A stretch of 16,419 nt of DNA from a virus: the UHGV virus genome UHGV-0393364, one strand, 5' to 3'. Of the stretch, positions 14,673 to 16,419 are shown piece after piece; position 1 is the first letter of the stretch; each line of letters begins with the position of its first letter. Under the pieces are notes generated by a model. That model saw only the letters and a program-made list of their open reading frames with translations. It was not told the origin of the DNA and searched no databases. The translations under genes were made by a program, and so were the position numbers.

Positions 14673-15650
14673 ATGATTGCCGCAAAGCCTCATAAGGACT
14701 ATCACGAATTGCTAGGATTGCTACTTGAACGTGGCATGATTATCAATGATCGAAATCGTGCGATACGTAAGCTGTCGCAGGTTGGATATTATCGATTGTC
14801 AGGTTTTTGGTACCCTTCAAGAATTATTGCGACAACAGATAAAGGTCTTTCGTACAGAACAGACCGATTTCTTGCTGGTACCAGTTTCGAGAAGACGTAC
14901 GATCTATATCTTTTTGACAAAAAACTGCGTCTTTTGATGATTGATGCTATCGAAAGAATAGAGATTCATGTTCGTTCAGTCATCGCGCATGAGGTTGGTC
15001 GCAATGATCCACTTGCCTACATGTCATCAAAATACATTAATCCAAAATTCTCATCTGCCTTCGAGCATTGGGTGTATAAGCAAAAAGTAAAATTAGACGA
15101 AAGCAGAGATGACTGTATTGAATGGCATCGAAGCCAAGGCAAGGAGATTCCATTTTGGGTGGCGGTGGAGACATGGGATTTTGGTCAGATGTCTAAATAT
15201 TATGCGATGCTTAATGGTCATATGCAGGGGAAAATTATACGTCGTTTTGGCATTGATAATAAGCAGACATTTGCAAAATGGTTGAAGTGCCTTAATCTCA
15301 TAAGGAATCGTTGCGCTCACCATTCCAGAATATGGAATAGAAAGCATCCCCGAGTTCCAGTACCGGATAATGAATACTTTGACGGACTTAATCTCCATCC
15401 AGAGAGTTGCGAGAGGATTTTTAGCGCGATCTGTATTATCTGGTACTTAGTTAAACGACTTGGTCCGGGATCAACATGGCTTCGGCAAATTGCAGACCTT
15501 ATTGACTCTAAACCAAATGTTCCCGGATGTGGATATGATTCAATGGGTTTACCTGCTAAAGGATTCCCACGAGAGAGATTCTCTCAGGACTTAGGTTTTG
15601 TTATCGCCGACAACGACCCTGTAGCTGAAGGGCGGAAAGGGAGCGATTGA
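14673..15650 (+). CDS. Abortive infection protein, Abi_2 family (AbiD/AbiF-like), 325 aa
   Basis: KPHKDYHELLGLLLERGMII...YYRLSGFWYP, FEKTYDLYLFDKKLRLLMIDAIERIEIHVRSVIAHEV, FWVAVETWDFGQMSKYY and LKCLNLIRNRCAHHSRIWNRK match the remembered Abi_2 family pattern, notably the IRN-x-CAHH-x-R-x-WN motif. Start set at ATG 14673 (MIAAKPHKDY...); the track's GTG 14628 start would add a hydrophobic 15-aa extension. Confidence 0.85.
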   Translation: MIAAKPHKDYHELLGLLLERGMIINDRNRAIRKLSQVGYYRLSGFWYPSRIIATTDKGLSYRTDRFLAGTSFEKTYDLYLFDKKLRLLMIDAIERIEIHVRSVIAHEVGRNDPLAYMSSKYINPKFSSAFEHWVYKQKVKLDESRDDCIEWHRSQGKEIPFWVAVETWDFGQMSKYYAMLNGHMQGKIIRRFGIDNKQTFAKWLKCLNLIRNRCAHHSRIWNRKHPRVPVPDNEYFDGLNLHPESCERIFSAICIIWYLVKRLGPGSTWLRQIADLIDSKPNVPGCGYDSMGLPAKGFPRERFSQDLGFVIADNDPVAEGRKGSD

Positions 15651-15679
15651 GCGATAAATATCATTTATACACTGATCAA

Positions 15680-16108
15680 TTACTGAAGCAGCGTATTGAT
15701 TCTTTTAATATTGTTACCCTGACGCTTCCACGCGCTGTAAATGTCTTTATCCCACGCTTTACCAGCTTTTGTTTGGTAGCCTGCTTCATTGAGCCGTTCA
15801 GCTATCACACGCCCATTATCAAATCCCTGTCGGATGGTATCGGCAATGATCTTTATAACTGCCGTTTCGTTATATGGCTTTGGTGGGATGTTCGGCTTTC
15901 CGGCAATAAGCGATGCTGCGGCTTTTTCCATGCGCTCCACCAGCCCAAGCATTCGTGAATCAATAGACTTTTCCGGCTGTCCCAGCTTCATGCGAATCGC
16001 ATCAACAAGCCAGGAGGTTTTATCCCCTCCAGAAGCGAGAACAGACCGATTAAACTCATCCTGCAATTCAGATGGGATGCGGAACGCGATCAGATTAGAT
16101 TTGCTCAT
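15680..16108 (-). CDS. Putative DNA-binding regulator: N-terminal ribbon-helix-helix-like domain plus C-terminal resolvase-type HTH-like segment, about 142 aa
   Basis: N-terminus MSKSNLIAFRIPSELQDEFNRSVLASGGDKTSWLVDAIRMKL looks like a RHH (strand, then two helices); C-terminal GRVIAERLNEAGYQTKAGKAWDKDIYSAWKRQ resembles recombinase/resolvase-type HTH segments. Start taken at the second Met (16108); track start is 16120. Convergent with the Abi gene; iteron cluster 2 and an operator-like inverted repeat lie upstream. Confidence 0.7.
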   Translation of the reverse strand: MSKSNLIAFRIPSELQDEFNRSVLASGGDKTSWLVDAIRMKLGQPEKSIDSRMLGLVERMEKAAASLIAGKPNIPPKPYNETAVIKIIADTIRQGFDNGRVIAERLNEAGYQTKAGKAWDKDIYSAWKRQGNNIKRINTLLQ

Positions 16109-16222
16109 TGCAAAGACCATATCAGTGAGTAATATCCATACAGTATACCACTGTATAACACTGTTATACGCTCAAATATCAGTCAGAAAATAACGGACCA
16201 ATCACAAATCTATCGCTGTGTT

Positions 16223-16343
16223 GTTGGTTCAGAGCTGGGCTGTGTTGGTTCAAAATGAGTTGATGTTGGTTCAATATTTTAGAAAAAACACAATAAAAAC
16301 AACGCTCTTTACAAATTGAACCAACTGAACCAACTGAACCAAC
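16223..16343. repeat. Second iteron array, a mirror-image (inverted) copy of the 8037-8147 origin-like site
   Basis: GTTGGTTCA at 16223-16231, 16244-16252, 16265-16273 (21-bp spacing); AT-rich 16274-16316; TGAACCAAC in tandem at 16317-16325, 16326-16334, 16335-16343. Its reverse complement has the same architecture as cluster 1, and flanking spacer sequence is also similar (ctctttgcaaattgaacc vs ctctttacaaattgaacc). Confidence 0.8.
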
Positions 16344-16419
16344 ACCTTTTTGCTTATCTATATAATCTGACCGTAGATTTTGAGGGACTTTAGTAGACGT
16401 CAAAAGACGAACGGGGCTT

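Larger units (their letters stand above)
1..16419. mobile_element. Interior of an integrated satellite-type mobile element (P4-like / PICI-like layout: int, alpA, small-gene operon, primase, iteron origin) plus a distal cargo module; element ends lie outside the window
   Basis: Gene order and families read from the ORF track: integrase tail 1-183, AlpA 615-818, coupled + strand operon ending in a P4-alpha-like primase, iteron/AT-rich site directly 3' of it. No attachment site or element boundary is visible in the window. Confidence 0.6.

Noticed and set aside
16139-16169. Possible LexA (SOS) box in the regulator promoter
   Set aside because: The motif is ACAG-n7-CTGT, not the CTGT-n8-ACAG arrangement of the LexA consensus; more likely an operator for the adjacent regulator.
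15647-16193. Plus-strand ORFs 15647-15958 and 15789-16193
   Set aside because: Antisense to the RHH-type regulator gene; Cys/Phe-rich off-frame-like products.
16179-16403. 74-aa minus-strand ORF across the second iteron array
   Set aside because: Product contains VGSVGSVGS repeat artefacts from the iterons.
16390-16419. Possible 3' end of a minus-strand gene running off the right edge (stop at 16390-16392)
   Set aside because: Only about 9 codons are inside the window; it cannot be supported, but is worth checking in extended sequence because a mirror-image primase would be expected there under one model.

Overview
The window is the interior of an integrated mobile element from an enterobacterial-type genome; both element ends lie outside it. 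Everything below is read from the sequence and the ORF track by eye, with family assignments from remembered signatures, not from searches. Left half (1-8150): the 3' end of a P4-family tyrosine integrase, alpA, then a tightly packed + strand operon of small translationally coupled genes (including an AntA-like antirepressor and an Icd-like small protein) ending in a 919-aa P4-alpha-like primase, followed directly by an iteron/AT-rich origin-like site. Right half (8500-16350): a 53-aa RHH-like ORF, then four translationally coupled genes (153, 225, 473, 701 aa) whose sizes, order and composition resemble the gene 14 plus gp7/gp20/gp16 ejection-protein cassette of P22-like podoviruses, with no capsid or packaging genes nearby. 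These are followed by a convergent small membrane protein, a 750-bp repeat-rich noncoding region, an Abi_2 (AbiD/AbiF-type) abortive-infection gene, a convergent RHH regulator, and a second, mirror-image copy of the iteron site. The main candidate for something new is the ejection-protein-like cassette carried by a satellite-type replicon and bracketed by two inverted origin copies. No rRNA, tRNA or CRISPR array was seen.
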